From an uncultured Bdellovibrionales bacterium (GTDB taxonomy: Bacteria > Patescibacteriota > Minisyncoccia > Moranbacterales > UBA1568), in assembly GCA_964491155.1 (NCBI GenBank), contig CAZBFG010000001.1, forward strand, positions 4,604-68,603: DNA of 64,000 nucleotides, in the 5' to 3' direction. Numbering within the stretch: the first letter of the stretch is position 1; each line of letters starts with the position of its first letter. The notes under the pieces were generated by a model. That model was not told the origin of the DNA and did no database searches. It saw only the letters and a list, made by a program, of their open reading frames with translations. A program made the position numbers and the translations under genes. Shown here piece after piece: positions 36,895-46,922 of the stretch.

Positions 36895-38052
36895 TCAATT
36901 TCCTTTGGCAAGAAAGACATTTACGGTCTCACCTGCTGCCTTTCCCCAAGAAAACCGAGCTGCTTGTGCCAACCCATCCTGTTGCATCCGTGCTGAGAGC
37001 TCCTGATTTTCCAAAACGGACTGCAGTGCCAGATATAGCTCCTCCGGCTGGTAGGGATCGATCATGATACTGGCTTTTCCTACTACTTCAGAAAGAGCCG
37101 AGGAATGACTGGTCACCACTGGGACGCCGCAGGCCATCGCTTCAAGCGGCGGAAATCCGAAACCCTCGTAAAAAGATGGATAAACAAACACGCTAGCCAA
37201 ATTATACAACGCCACCTTGTCTTCATCGGCGATAAATCCAGGGAGTCGGATACGATCTCTGTAGAGCGATGACTCGCAGGCAACAAATACATCCTGACAC
37301 TCCCAGCCGCGCGTACCGGCCAATACCAAATCGTGTTTCTTCGAAATATCATTTCCCGTGCGAAGCAGTGCTTCATACCCATGAATGAGCGAGCTCATAT
37401 TCTTCCGCGGTTCAAATGTCCCCAAAAAGAGGATAAACCGATATGGGAGATAATACTTTTCTTTAACACGCAAAAGCTCGGGGTCATTGCGATCCAACCG
37501 ATGGAAGCGTTTTTCGATGCCGCTGTGAACAACCGTGATCTTTTCCGCCGGCACCCGGTATTCTGTCACTAGATCCCCCTTGGTGGAATGAGAGACGGCA
37601 ATCACGCGATCAGCCCGACGCACCAAACTCCGGAAATTCACTAGGAAATGCCATATACGCTGCTTCCAAGAAAACATCTCTGGAAACCACTCAAATGACA
37701 CATCATGTGCCGTTACTACCAGTTCCGTATCTCGTGATACCGCAGCAAAGTTCAAATTGGGAAGAAAAAACACATCCGTACCTCCGACCAAGCGATCAAG
37801 CTTGGGAAAACCAAAATACCAAAGCGATAGATTGAACAGCTTGTTCGGAAAATGAAATACGCGGAGCGTAACGTTTGGGTACACCTCTACCCATGAAAAA
37901 TCCACTTCTTCGCTGCGCCAAGCATTGAAAAAGAGGATATACTCATTCGTCTGATCACGCTCAAAGACCGCTTTCAAAAGCGCTAGGGTATACTCTTCTA
38001 CCCCAGTACGCTTCCCCTCTGCCAAACACCGTATGTCTATTCCGATACGCAT
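36895..38052 (-). CDS. GT4-family glycosyltransferase
   Basis: Begins MRIGIDIRCLAEGKRTGVEEYT; GT1 C-terminal EGFGFPPLEAMACGVPVV; the ATG at 38052 lies 3 nt after the upstream stop. Confidence 0.8.
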   Translation of the reverse strand: MRIGIDIRCLAEGKRTGVEEYTLALLKAVFERDQTNEYILFFNAWRSEEVDFSWVEVYPNVTLRVFHFPNKLFNLSLWYFGFPKLDRLVGGTDVFFLPNLNFAAVSRDTELVVTAHDVSFEWFPEMFSWKQRIWHFLVNFRSLVRRADRVIAVSHSTKGDLVTEYRVPAEKITVVHSGIEKRFHRLDRNDPELLRVKEKYYLPYRFILFLGTFEPRKNMSSLIHGYEALLRTGNDISKKHDLVLAGTRGWECQDVFVACESSLYRDRIRLPGFIADEDKVALYNLASVFVYPSFYEGFGFPPLEAMACGVPVVTSHSSALSEVVGKASIMIDPYQPEELYLALQSVLENQELSARMQQDGLAQAARFSWGKAAGETVNVFLAKGN

Positions 38053-38054
38053 GC

Positions 38055-38651
38055 CTAGTGCTTCCGTAAAAAGTAATGTCTGAAAAGCACCGCCCAAAAC
38101 CCCACAAACAACCCCAAGGCCAAACCAATGAGCAGCGCTGTACGCAGATTCACCCGAGCATCCTCGAGCACCGGTTCGCTCCCTAGCACCACAAACCAAC
38201 TCTTTTCTTGTCCTTCCGTATTGAGCGTATTGGTATAGCGATTGAGCACGGTAACGAGAGCAGCCGACAATTGTTCCAAGGTCTTCTGATGTTCCCCATC
38301 GTATTTGACGCTAATAACCTGAGAAGAAAGTCTCCCCGCACGAAATGTAGCCCTCTCTGCCGTATCAATATGTGCCTCACGATAAATATCCTCGACGACC
38401 CGTGGTGTACCAAGCCAACGCACCACCGTATCAGCAAACCGCTCATCAGCCTGGAGACGATAAAAACTATCATAGGTGTAGTCGGTCGTTTCACTGACTC
38501 CTGTGCGCCCGATATTGATGAGGAGTGTCGCCTGGTATGATACCGGCTGTGATATTTGCCATACCCAAGCAACCAGAACACACAAACTGATCAACACCAT
38601 ATAGAACATGCGCTGCTTTTTGAATATGTCGAGAAATTCTTTCAGTTCCAT
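38055..38651 (-). CDS. Wzz-like chain-length determinant family protein (short)
   Basis: N-terminal and C-terminal TM helices flank a periplasmic domain; same architecture as 14727-15404. Confidence 0.5.
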   Translation of the reverse strand: MELKEFLDIFKKQRMFYMVLISLCVLVAWVWQISQPVSYQATLLINIGRTGVSETTDYTYDSFYRLQADERFADTVVRWLGTPRVVEDIYREAHIDTAERATFRAGRLSSQVISVKYDGEHQKTLEQLSAALVTVLNRYTNTLNTEGQEKSWFVVLGSEPVLEDARVNLRTALLIGLALGLFVGFWAVLFRHYFLRKH

Positions 38652-38728
38652 ATATCTTGGTTAAAAACACAGATATCAAAGCACAAAAGCCAAACAAAGC
38701 ACAGTTTCCAAAAAAATAATCAAAAAAA

Positions 38729-39895
38729 CTAGGGTGGGGTTTGTGGAATTGTGTTTTGTGTTTTGTTTGGACTTTGGACTCTGTGTTTTGTGTTTTCCAA
38801 ATGCTCATTTAGAGCATTGGTGACATAATTCCGTATTTTAGTCTTAAACTGCTCTTTGTCAAAATGAAGGGCCTGATTCCTGATAAAGACCGGGTCGTAG
38901 CGACTCTCATCAAATCCCTGCACGGCCCCCACTATTGATGCAGTAGTCTGTTCATTGAAAAACACTCCTGTCTCCCCTTCTTTCATATGTTCTACGATAT
39001 CGCCTCCCCGATAGGCAATCACCGGGCGACCCGAGGCCATCGCTTCCATGGCCACAATGCCGAAATCTTCTTCTTGGGGGAAAACAAAGGCCCGACACTC
39101 CGCATAGTACTGAGGCAACGCTTCATCCGAAACCCGTCCCAAAAATTCAATCGTCGGTCCGGCCAATTTCTTCAACCGATCCATTTCCGGACCACGACCG
39201 ATAATCTTCAGTGGAAGCTTGAGAGTATTAAAGGCCTCGATGGCGATATCAAAACGCTTGTAGGCAATCAGTCGGCCTACCATAAGAAAATAAGGCTTGC
39301 GATCTTCCGGCTTGGCAATATAGAACTGATCGACGTTGACCGGCGGGTGGATGACGGTCGCTTCTTTATGATAGTACTTGGCGATGCGCTTCCCCACAAA
39401 CTGCGAATTCGCGAGATAGCGGTCGACCCGATCGGCACTGGCCTTGTCCCACAGACGGATAGGACTCATGAAAAAAGGCACCAGTCGCTTCACGAGACTC
39501 GGGAAACCAAAATCCTGCGTGTATTTCTGGCAGTCATCCCACGCATAGCGCATCGGGGTGTGCATGTAGCAGATGTGGAGCGTCTCCGGTCTGGTGATAA
39601 TGCCTTTGGCATAGCTCGACGAATCAGACAACACGATGTCGTACTTACTAAAATCAAATTCTTCGATAGCGAGCGGCATCAGTGGCGGGAAAAAGCGATG
39701 ATGTTTGCGCGAAAAAGGCATTTTTTGTAGAAACGAGGTATAGATACGTTTCTCTGAAAACTGCCCCCGCATAGCCTGATCGTCGTGAATCAAAGTATAA
39801 ATCGGGGCATAGGGAAAAACCTCGGTAAAGGCCTCGAGTACCCGCTCGGCTCCACCATACTGCACCAAATAGTCATGCACCAGCGCTATTTTCAT
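38729..39895 (-). CDS. GT4-family glycosyltransferase
   Basis: Begins MKIALVHDYLVQYGGAERVLE; GT1 C-terminal EDFGIVAMEAMASGRPVIA. Confidence 0.8.
   Translation of the reverse strand: MKIALVHDYLVQYGGAERVLEAFTEVFPYAPIYTLIHDDQAMRGQFSEKRIYTSFLQKMPFSRKHHRFFPPLMPLAIEEFDFSKYDIVLSDSSSYAKGIITRPETLHICYMHTPMRYAWDDCQKYTQDFGFPSLVKRLVPFFMSPIRLWDKASADRVDRYLANSQFVGKRIAKYYHKEATVIHPPVNVDQFYIAKPEDRKPYFLMVGRLIAYKRFDIAIEAFNTLKLPLKIIGRGPEMDRLKKLAGPTIEFLGRVSDEALPQYYAECRAFVFPQEEDFGIVAMEAMASGRPVIAYRGGDIVEHMKEGETGVFFNEQTTASIVGAVQGFDESRYDPVFIRNQALHFDKEQFKTKIRNYVTNALNEHLENTKHRVQSPNKTQNTIPQTPP
38744..38798. repeat. GT-rich direct repeat (tgtgttttgtgttttg, two copies) overlapping the 3' end of the glycosyltransferase
   Basis: Two copies flank ggactttggactc; they encode the low-complexity tail PNKTQNTIPQTPP. 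Confidence 0.5.
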
Positions 39896-39943
39896 ATATA
39901 CCCACTCTAGCGCAAAATGAGCCTTTCGGCGAGGGTAAGCCAA

Positions 39944-39984
39944 GAAAAAGAAAAGCCCGCGCTTGGTTGTTCACCTTGCGCGGG
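39944..39984 (-). terminator. Intrinsic terminator after 39990-40547
   Basis: On the minus strand, cccgcgc-aaggtgaacaaccaa-gcgcggg is followed by cttttctttttctt. Confidence 0.6.
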
Positions 39985-39989
39985 AAAGA

Positions 39990-40547
39990 TCAGTACTCAG
40001 CGTCGTCCGTGAAGTGTACGAAGTACCACTTCCCGGCGACCGAGCATTTGCCACCGAAGCGCGGGCTCGCCGGATTGCGCCGGTTATTCCACAATTCGGT
40101 ATACTCCACAGAACAGGCCAGCGTGTAGAGTTGCCCACTCATACGGTCAGTGAGCATGATCCAGAGCGTGTCGCCCTGAACACTGATCGACTCGAGCGGA
40201 CCCCGCTTCCACAACCAGTCCGCATGGAAGCGTGGAGTGATCTCCACCACCCAGTGATTCCGCACGTGTTCGGCCGTCCGTTCTATGAACGGATGTTGTC
40301 CCGACGGCGTCTTCAGTCGACGACTCGCGTGACAGAAAACGATGTGTCCGTTCGGGCTGTGCTCGGGGTAGACCTCCCACTCTTCGCCAGCGGAGATCGA
40401 TTGCCGGCGAGGAGGCTCGATGATGAGCTTGTAGTTCTTGCCGTCGAATTCGTACGGCGCCCACAGTTGCCTCTGACTGTTGTGGACACCCTCCCGCACC
40501 GTGACGGTGATGGTGTGGAAGAAGGGAATGTTGCGGTTGGTAGACAT
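39990..40547 (-). CDS. Hypothetical cytoplasmic protein, in high-GC cassette 3
   Basis: 185 aa with no signal peptide; an AAGGAG ribosome-binding site; about 60% GC. Confidence 0.55.
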   Translation of the reverse strand: MSTNRNIPFFHTITVTVREGVHNSQRQLWAPYEFDGKNYKLIIEPPRRQSISAGEEWEVYPEHSPNGHIVFCHASRRLKTPSGQHPFIERTAEHVRNHWVVEITPRFHADWLWKRGPLESISVQGDTLWIMLTDRMSGQLYTLACSVEYTELWNNRRNPASPRFGGKCSVAGKWYFVHFTDDAEY

Positions 40548-40698
40548 CGTAGTCTCCTTGGTTCAGGGGTTGCATCGCTGCATCCCACAGACTTCGGATT
40601 CCACTTGTCCAGAAAAAAATTGAGATGCAGACAGTTGTTCAAAAATCTACATCATATGTGCCAATACATGAGTATCTCCTTTTAAAGTACGAAACGAG

Positions 40699-40727
40699 AT
40701 GATAGCATATTTTCGTATAAAAGTCAA
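40699..40727 (-). promoter_or_regulatory. Sigma70-type promoter TTGACT-17-TATCAT for 39990-40547
   Basis: The minus strand reads ttgacttttatacgaaaatatgctatcat; it implies a ~145-nt leader containing a tiny uORF (MYWHI). Confidence 0.55.
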
Positions 40728-40741
40728 TAGATAAGAGTTCA

Positions 40742-40769
40742 AAAAAGAGGCTTAAAAAATCCTCTTTTA
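40742..40769 (-). terminator. Intrinsic terminator after the metzincin gene
   Basis: On the minus strand, aagagg-attttttaag-cctctt is followed by tttttt. Confidence 0.55.
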
Positions 40770-40806
40770 AATATTTTACATTGAAGTAACCGTACTTTCT
40801 CACGCT

Positions 40807-41766
40807 TCAAACTATTTTATCAACCACTCTCCCCTTCAAAATATTAATCCGTTCCCAAATGATGTCCCAGACAGTCTGATTGCACCGAGTGAGGAGCATG
40901 GCTTTGTCTTCGGATGACAGCGCTATCGGATCGAGAGACTGCTGTTCCATCAAATAGTACATCATCGACTGGGGATCGCTTCCGTGAGCAAACCCCAGGG
41001 CATGCCCAAATTCATGTACCAAGACGGCCCGGAGATGCGAGACATCATCGTACTGATAAATATTGATTTCTTCACCAACATAGTCCCCCTGGTCGAACTG
41101 CGCTGACTGTCCATAGCGCCCGGTATATTCTTCTACCCGCGCATTGTAGTCCTCGACCACTGCCACTTGTTTGGCCGAAAATGAATTAACTTCTTTGGCC
41201 AGTGCATTCACCTCGAGTCGTTTGGCCTCCAGTTCTTTTTCTTCCTTGAGAAGCACCCGCGAGACCTTTTCCAGGTCTTTATAGACATCCTCCGGAGCAC
41301 CGCCTTCGCGATTCCATTTTTCCACCTCAGCATTATAGGCACTCAGTTTTCTCTTGAACGATTCAAACAAACGCTCGTATTCTCTACTGGTCTTTTCGTA
41401 CAAAGAACGGGTCTTTTGCTGCTTTTGTTCCAGAGTTTCTTGTGAAGCCTTTGTTTTTTCCAAAAAAGATTCTAGTTTTTGACCCTCAAGCGTGCGCTCC
41501 TGCCGCTCGTCAAAAACCAGATTTATTTTGAACGCAGCCTCTGGCACAAAGCGAAACAACTCCCGACCCAGTGCACTTTCCCATAGTTCTTCGGCAGCAC
41601 TGGCTTCCTGCAAGAAATCTTCCTGACTGATACCAAAGCGACTATCGAATGCCCCGAGAGCATACTCGATCGGCGTAGCACACGGCACTGGTACGGTTTT
41701 CCACACTAAAACTGTGCCCAAAACAAGGACAACAAAAAGTCCGTACTGGAGAATCTTTTTTATCAT
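40807..41766 (-). CDS. Membrane-anchored metzincin (matrixin-like) zinc peptidase
   Basis: N-terminal TM helix, a coiled-coil spacer, and the HEFGHALGFAHGSD motif (HExxHxxGxxH) followed by a Met-turn (MMYYLM). Confidence 0.7.
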   Translation of the reverse strand: MIKKILQYGLFVVLVLGTVLVWKTVPVPCATPIEYALGAFDSRFGISQEDFLQEASAAEELWESALGRELFRFVPEAAFKINLVFDERQERTLEGQKLESFLEKTKASQETLEQKQQKTRSLYEKTSREYERLFESFKRKLSAYNAEVEKWNREGGAPEDVYKDLEKVSRVLLKEEKELEAKRLEVNALAKEVNSFSAKQVAVVEDYNARVEEYTGRYGQSAQFDQGDYVGEEINIYQYDDVSHLRAVLVHEFGHALGFAHGSDPQSMMYYLMEQQSLDPIALSSEDKAMLLTRCNQTVWDIIWERINILKGRVVDKIV

Positions 41767-41774
41767 ATAAACGG

Positions 41775-44213
41775 CTAGACTCGCAGGCGACCATTGTGAG
41801 TAGCGGCCAGAGCGACGATGCGATCGAAAGCAGCGTCCATTTCCGTGCTGGACAGCGTCCGATCAGGAGCGCCAAAAGACAAATGAAAGGCAAAACTTTT
41901 TTCGCCATCTTTTTCGTAAATATCAAAGAGCTCTGCTCGCTGTAACAGGGGCGCGCCCGCTTCATGGAGTAACCGTTCGACTTCACTCACGGTCATGGCC
42001 CTGGGGAATGTGAGTGAAATATCCCGTAGGGCATACGGAAATTTCTGAAGTGGCGTAAAAACAGTTTCTTTTTGCTGTAGTGAGAGCAATTCTGAAGTGA
42101 TAAATCCCCCCACTGTTACTCGTGGTTCCAAACCAAACGATTTGAGCACTTGCGGATGCACTTCACCGATGATACCGATCACTTGGCCATTCACTGTGTA
42201 GCAGGCACTCCGTGTCGGATGAAGCATGGCCAGTACTGGAATGTCTCTGTGTTTCTCACTCGGTTCGAGTACTACCTTGGATGTGTCGATATGAAGTGCC
42301 GTAAGCATGGCCTCTATCTTCCCTTTCAGAGCAAAAAAGCCCGCTCCTTGTTCGCTTTTTTTAGCAGCAACAGAAATGAGTGAAAGAGCAGAAATTTCAA
42401 CTGGCTGCTTGGTTTTTGGATGTTTAGCAAATACCTTGCCCCATTCGAAGCAGTCAAAACTCTCAAAGTGTCTGGCATTTTCCACTGCCCGACGCAGATG
42501 GAGCGGCACCAACGTCATACGGAGGTACTTTTGATCAGGACTGAGAGGATTTTCCAGCTCTACATGATGATCGAGTGGCAAACGAGTGGCTGCTATTTCT
42601 TTCTCACCATAAAAAGAATAGGTCATGAGCTCATCAAAACCAACAGAAGCGAGATATTCCTTGGCTGCTCGTTCCAACAGTTTGGCTGGGTTCTTCGGAC
42701 GAGCGGAGAGCGGCAGGAGTGGCGCCGTCGCCTCGATACCATCATACCCATGCATGCGACCAATTTCCTCGATCAGATCCCATTCGTCGCGCAGGTCAGG
42801 ACGCCTGGTCGGCACTATCACCGAAACAGCATTTTCACTGGCTACTTTCTTGACCTTGAGCCCCAAGAGTGCCAGATGCTGCACCACCTGAAAGAGCGGC
42901 AGCTTCACTCCGAGTACATGCTCTACCCGATCAAGAGAGAGCGTGATTTTCCCGGGAGTCACTTCTTTGGGGTAGACATCGCGCATCCCAACAATTTTTC
43001 CTCCACAGAGTCCCGGCAAAAGAGCAGCTGCCTCACGAAGCGCCTCACCAACCAGATTCGGATCGAGGTTGCGTTCAAAGCGATAACTGGCATCCGTGGG
43101 CATATTGTGACGATTCTTGGTCCGACGAATAGAAGAACCATCAAAGTTGGCTACTTCTAAGAAGATATTCTTCGTTTCTGCTGTCACAGCCGAAAACTGT
43201 CCTCCCATTACGCCAGCCAAAGCCAAAGCGTGTTTGGTATCAGCAATCACCAAATCTTCGGGAGATAACTTGCGCGTATCGCCGTTCAAGAGTACCAGTT
43301 TCTCATTTTTCTTGGCTCGCCGTACGGTCACCGCCCCTGCAATCTTGTCCGCATCAAAAGCATGCATTGGCTGCCCCGTGAGGAGCATGAGGTAGTTGGT
43401 CACGTCCACGATATTGTTGATCGGTCGCAACCCAGAAACAAGCAGGCGTACTTTGAGCCACAGTGGCGACTCGCTCACCGTCACATCGCGCAGTGCCAGT
43501 GCTCCATAACGCGCACAACCAATTTTATCAGCAATCACGACTTTGGCCGCTTTGTTATACGAAGGAAAATGTACGGGTTTCAGCGATTTCTCCACAAAAT
43601 GCGGTGCGTAGCCATCAAGCGCTGCGATTTCACGAGCCAGTCCTTGATAAGCCAGAGCATCAGAACCACGATCCGGCAGGATCTTGACCTCGATGATACT
43701 ATCATCCAGACCGACATACTTCACAAACGACGCTCCTACTGGCGCCTCTTCATCCAAAACGAGAATACCGGCATGATCATCACCCAGGCCCAGCTCCTTG
43801 GCCGAACAAATCATACCGTTTGATTCGATACCGCGCAATTTCGCAACTTTGATCTCGATACCACCAGGCCCGCCCGCATCGTTACGCGCGGACGCGTCCG
43901 AAGCGTTTCGGGCAGGCAGTTTCGTTCCTGGTAAAGCCACTGCCACTTTCTGACCCTCCACAATATTCGGAGCACCACAAACAATCGTCCGGGTATCTTT
44001 TTTTCCCACCTCTACTTGTGCCACGCGCAATTTGTCAGCGTCCGGGTGCTGCGCCAGTGCCACTACTTTCCCAATCACGACATCATCGATGCCCAGGGAA
44101 AATTTCTCGATGCCTTCTACCTCAAAAGCATGCACCATCAAAAGCTTGGCCAGTTGTTCGGCGCTTTTCTTGGTTCCCGAAAGTTCTTTCAATAGCCGGT
44201 AAGAATATTTCAT
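41775..44213 (-). CDS. pheT: Phenylalanyl-tRNA synthetase beta subunit
   Basis: 812 aa; tRNA-binding OB fold, B3/B4, B5, class II-like and FDX-ACB domains; lies next to pheS. Confidence 0.9.
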   Translation of the reverse strand: MKYSYRLLKELSGTKKSAEQLAKLLMVHAFEVEGIEKFSLGIDDVVIGKVVALAQHPDADKLRVAQVEVGKKDTRTIVCGAPNIVEGQKVAVALPGTKLPARNASDASARNDAGGPGGIEIKVAKLRGIESNGMICSAKELGLGDDHAGILVLDEEAPVGASFVKYVGLDDSIIEVKILPDRGSDALAYQGLAREIAALDGYAPHFVEKSLKPVHFPSYNKAAKVVIADKIGCARYGALALRDVTVSESPLWLKVRLLVSGLRPINNIVDVTNYLMLLTGQPMHAFDADKIAGAVTVRRAKKNEKLVLLNGDTRKLSPEDLVIADTKHALALAGVMGGQFSAVTAETKNIFLEVANFDGSSIRRTKNRHNMPTDASYRFERNLDPNLVGEALREAAALLPGLCGGKIVGMRDVYPKEVTPGKITLSLDRVEHVLGVKLPLFQVVQHLALLGLKVKKVASENAVSVIVPTRRPDLRDEWDLIEEIGRMHGYDGIEATAPLLPLSARPKNPAKLLERAAKEYLASVGFDELMTYSFYGEKEIAATRLPLDHHVELENPLSPDQKYLRMTLVPLHLRRAVENARHFESFDCFEWGKVFAKHPKTKQPVEISALSLISVAAKKSEQGAGFFALKGKIEAMLTALHIDTSKVVLEPSEKHRDIPVLAMLHPTRSACYTVNGQVIGIIGEVHPQVLKSFGLEPRVTVGGFITSELLSLQQKETVFTPLQKFPYALRDISLTFPRAMTVSEVERLLHEAGAPLLQRAELFDIYEKDGEKSFAFHLSFGAPDRTLSSTEMDAAFDRIVALAATHNGRLRV

Positions 44214-44214
44214 A

Positions 44215-45252
44215 CTAGAATTGTCGAATAAAACGAAGGTCGCCGCTCATCAGGAGACGGATATCAGTAATCTTGTACTTCATCATGGCGAGACGTGTCA
44301 TCCCGAAACCCCAAGCAAAGCCCTGGTACACGCCGCGTTTGTAACCCGCCGCCTCAAAGACTCGCTGATTGACCATACCTGCGCCCCCTATTTCGAGCCA
44401 GCCGCTCTGCTTGCACGTTGCACACCCTTTTCCACTGCACAGGATACAACTGATATCAAATTCAAACGAAGGTTCCGTAAATGGAAAAAAGCTTGGTCGC
44501 AATCGCACACTCACTTTTTCTCCAAAAAACCTGCTAAAAAACTCCTCAGCCACATACTTGAATGTCGCCACACTCACTGCGCCCTCCACATCTACCATGA
44601 GGCACTCAAACTGATGAAAGGTATGCTCATGTGAAGCATCAGTCGCTTCATTGCGAAACACCCGACCCGGTACAATCACACGGAGCGGTGGCTTGTGTGC
44701 CTCCATGTAGCGCACTTGGACACCCGATGTATGAGTACGTGGGAGATAATGGTCTTTTACTTTTTTCTCACTTTTTATCCAGAAAGTATCCTGCATGTCA
44801 CGAGATGGGTGATCCTTTGGAAAGTTCAGCGCATCAAAATTGTAACTTTCCGTTTCTACTTCCGGTCCATCAGCAATATCGAAACCCATCGACGAGAAAA
44901 TATCTTCAATGTCGTGTTCGAGACGAGTGATAGGATGCAAATGGCCAGCTCGTGCGGATACACCAGGTGCCGTGATGTCGATCCCTTCGGCTTGCCAATC
45001 GATACTATTTTCAAGCAGCTCCTTTTTCTTGGCATCAAACAAAGCGATGAGCTTCTGCTTGGTACTGTTCCCAAGGGGTCCGACAATTTTCTTTTCCTCG
45101 GGTGACAAATCACGGAGGCCTTTGAGGAGTGTGTTCAGTTCACTCTTGCGACCCAGATATTCAATTTCCCAAGCTTCAAGAAGAGCCATCGTTTTGATTG
45201 CTCCCAATTTTTCCTCCCCTGCCTGACCGATTTTTTCAATCTGTTCTTTCAT
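44215..45252 (-). CDS. pheS: Phenylalanyl-tRNA synthetase alpha subunit
   Basis: 345 aa; class II motifs (FRNE, GxGxGxxR-like region) and a C-terminal catalytic core. Confidence 0.9.
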   Translation of the reverse strand: MKEQIEKIGQAGEEKLGAIKTMALLEAWEIEYLGRKSELNTLLKGLRDLSPEEKKIVGPLGNSTKQKLIALFDAKKKELLENSIDWQAEGIDITAPGVSARAGHLHPITRLEHDIEDIFSSMGFDIADGPEVETESYNFDALNFPKDHPSRDMQDTFWIKSEKKVKDHYLPRTHTSGVQVRYMEAHKPPLRVIVPGRVFRNEATDASHEHTFHQFECLMVDVEGAVSVATFKYVAEEFFSRFFGEKVSVRLRPSFFPFTEPSFEFDISCILCSGKGCATCKQSGWLEIGGAGMVNQRVFEAAGYKRGVYQGFAWGFGMTRLAMMKYKITDIRLLMSGDLRFIRQF

Positions 45253-45292
45253 GATTTCATTCTACCCAATTTTTCCTTTTTTACCTAAAATA

Positions 45293-46501
45293 CTAATCTT
45301 TGAAAACAACCTTCACGAAATCCTTTTTCCCAACTTTCATTACCTTGCCATTATCTTCTTTAGTAAACATCCGTGATCCGACGACAATTCTCTCATCACC
45401 AAGATTCACTCCGCCCTGCTGAATCTTCCTTCTAGCATCAGATTTACTGGTTGCAAGACCAATGCGCGCAATGAAAGATTCAATGTTTTCATATCCCTCC
45501 AAAGCTGGCTCAAGTAGCACTTCTCTTACATTTTGAGGTGTTACACCTTTCGAAAACGTCTCAATAAAATACTGCTCCGCCTGTATCGCTTCGGCTTCAC
45601 CATGGTACAGTTGCACGATTTCCTTGGCCAGACGCACCTTGGCATCCCGCGGATTGCCACCAGTCACCATGTCCTCCGCCATCTTCGCGATTTCCGTCAT
45701 CGGTATACGCGTGCAGTGCACAAAATAATCCGTAATGAGATTGTCCGGCACACTCATCACTTTGCCAAACATCTCATTCGGCGCATCCATGAGATTGATA
45801 GTGTTTCCCCAGCTCGAGCTCATCTTGCGCCCGTCTGTTCCGAGAATCAAGTTCATCATGAGAATATCCTGTGCTGGCTGGCCATGCGCTTCCTGCAATC
45901 GTCGTCCCGCCAAAAGATTGAAACGCTGGTCGATGCCCCCCAGTTCGACATCGGCATTGATGGCGATACTGTCGAAGCCTTGCATGAGCGGATAGAGTAC
46001 CTCGCGCAAAGATACACGCTTCCCTTCGCTTAGTCGTTTCTTGATATTGTCGCGAGAAATGAATTCAGCCAAGGAAAAAACATTTGCTTGCTGTCCAATT
46101 TCTTCATACCCGAGTTTTTCCAACCATGTGGAGTTGTAGTGTACCTCTGCCTGTTCCAAATCGATCAATTTTCCCAGTTGCTCGGTGTAGGTCTGCATGT
46201 TCTGTTCGATAGCATCAGTTGTGAGCATTGGTCGTTCACTCTCTTTGTCAGACGTATCACCGATCACACCCGTGAAGTCACCGACGATAAGCACAATCTT
46301 ATGTCCCAGTTGCTGCAAATCACGCATCTTGAGCAACACAACCGCTCGACCAATATGGATATTGGCGCTGGTCGGATCGATACCAAGTTTGATACGAAGT
46401 GGCTTACCCTCAAGCAAACGCGCCTTCAGATGATCATGGTCGATCACTTCCGCCACGCCTCGAGAAAGAATTTCTTCTACCAATTGTTCTTTATTTTCCA
46501 T
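45293..46501 (-). CDS. tyrS: Tyrosyl-tRNA synthetase
   Basis: HIGH-like motif (GIDPTSANIHIGRAV), KMSSS, and a C-terminal S4 domain. Confidence 0.85.
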   Translation of the reverse strand: MENKEQLVEEILSRGVAEVIDHDHLKARLLEGKPLRIKLGIDPTSANIHIGRAVVLLKMRDLQQLGHKIVLIVGDFTGVIGDTSDKESERPMLTTDAIEQNMQTYTEQLGKLIDLEQAEVHYNSTWLEKLGYEEIGQQANVFSLAEFISRDNIKKRLSEGKRVSLREVLYPLMQGFDSIAINADVELGGIDQRFNLLAGRRLQEAHGQPAQDILMMNLILGTDGRKMSSSWGNTINLMDAPNEMFGKVMSVPDNLITDYFVHCTRIPMTEIAKMAEDMVTGGNPRDAKVRLAKEIVQLYHGEAEAIQAEQYFIETFSKGVTPQNVREVLLEPALEGYENIESFIARIGLATSKSDARRKIQQGGVNLGDERIVVGSRMFTKEDNGKVMKVGKKDFVKVVFKD

Positions 46502-46513
46502 AACGGGTAAAAA

Positions 46514-46813
46514 TTATTTTAACCCAAAACGAGCTTTAGCCAGTCTATACTGATCGTCGGACATCTGACCAGCCTTGCGCATAGCCTCGAGCGACGCCAG
46601 GATTTCGCCTTTGTGCTTTTCAATATTCTTGGGAGTCATAGCTTTGCGCAGGGTTTTTTCACGATCCGCCGGACTCATGTTCATGAGACGCTTCATGGCA
46701 AAACGCTGAAGCATGTTCATGTCCTTGGTATCCGGCATACCTGGAATACTTGGGGTCGCTTCTCCTTTTTTTTCTTCGTCTTGTTCGTCTTTTTTGCTGA
46801 ATGGATTCCACAT
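46514..46813 (-). CDS. Small basic hypothetical protein (99 aa)
   Basis: Lys/Arg-rich helical C-terminus; no recognisable family. Confidence 0.4.
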   Translation of the reverse strand: MWNPFSKKDEQDEEKKGEATPSIPGMPDTKDMNMLQRFAMKRLMNMSPADREKTLRKAMTPKNIEKHKGEILASLEAMRKAGQMSDDQYRLAKARFGLK

Positions 46814-46922
46814 ACACTCTAAATGTCAAAGCTCAAATTACAAATATCAAATCAATTTTCAATGTCTCAATTTTTAAATTTTTTCATTCGGATTTCATTT
46901 GTCATTTGGTATTGGGATTTTG

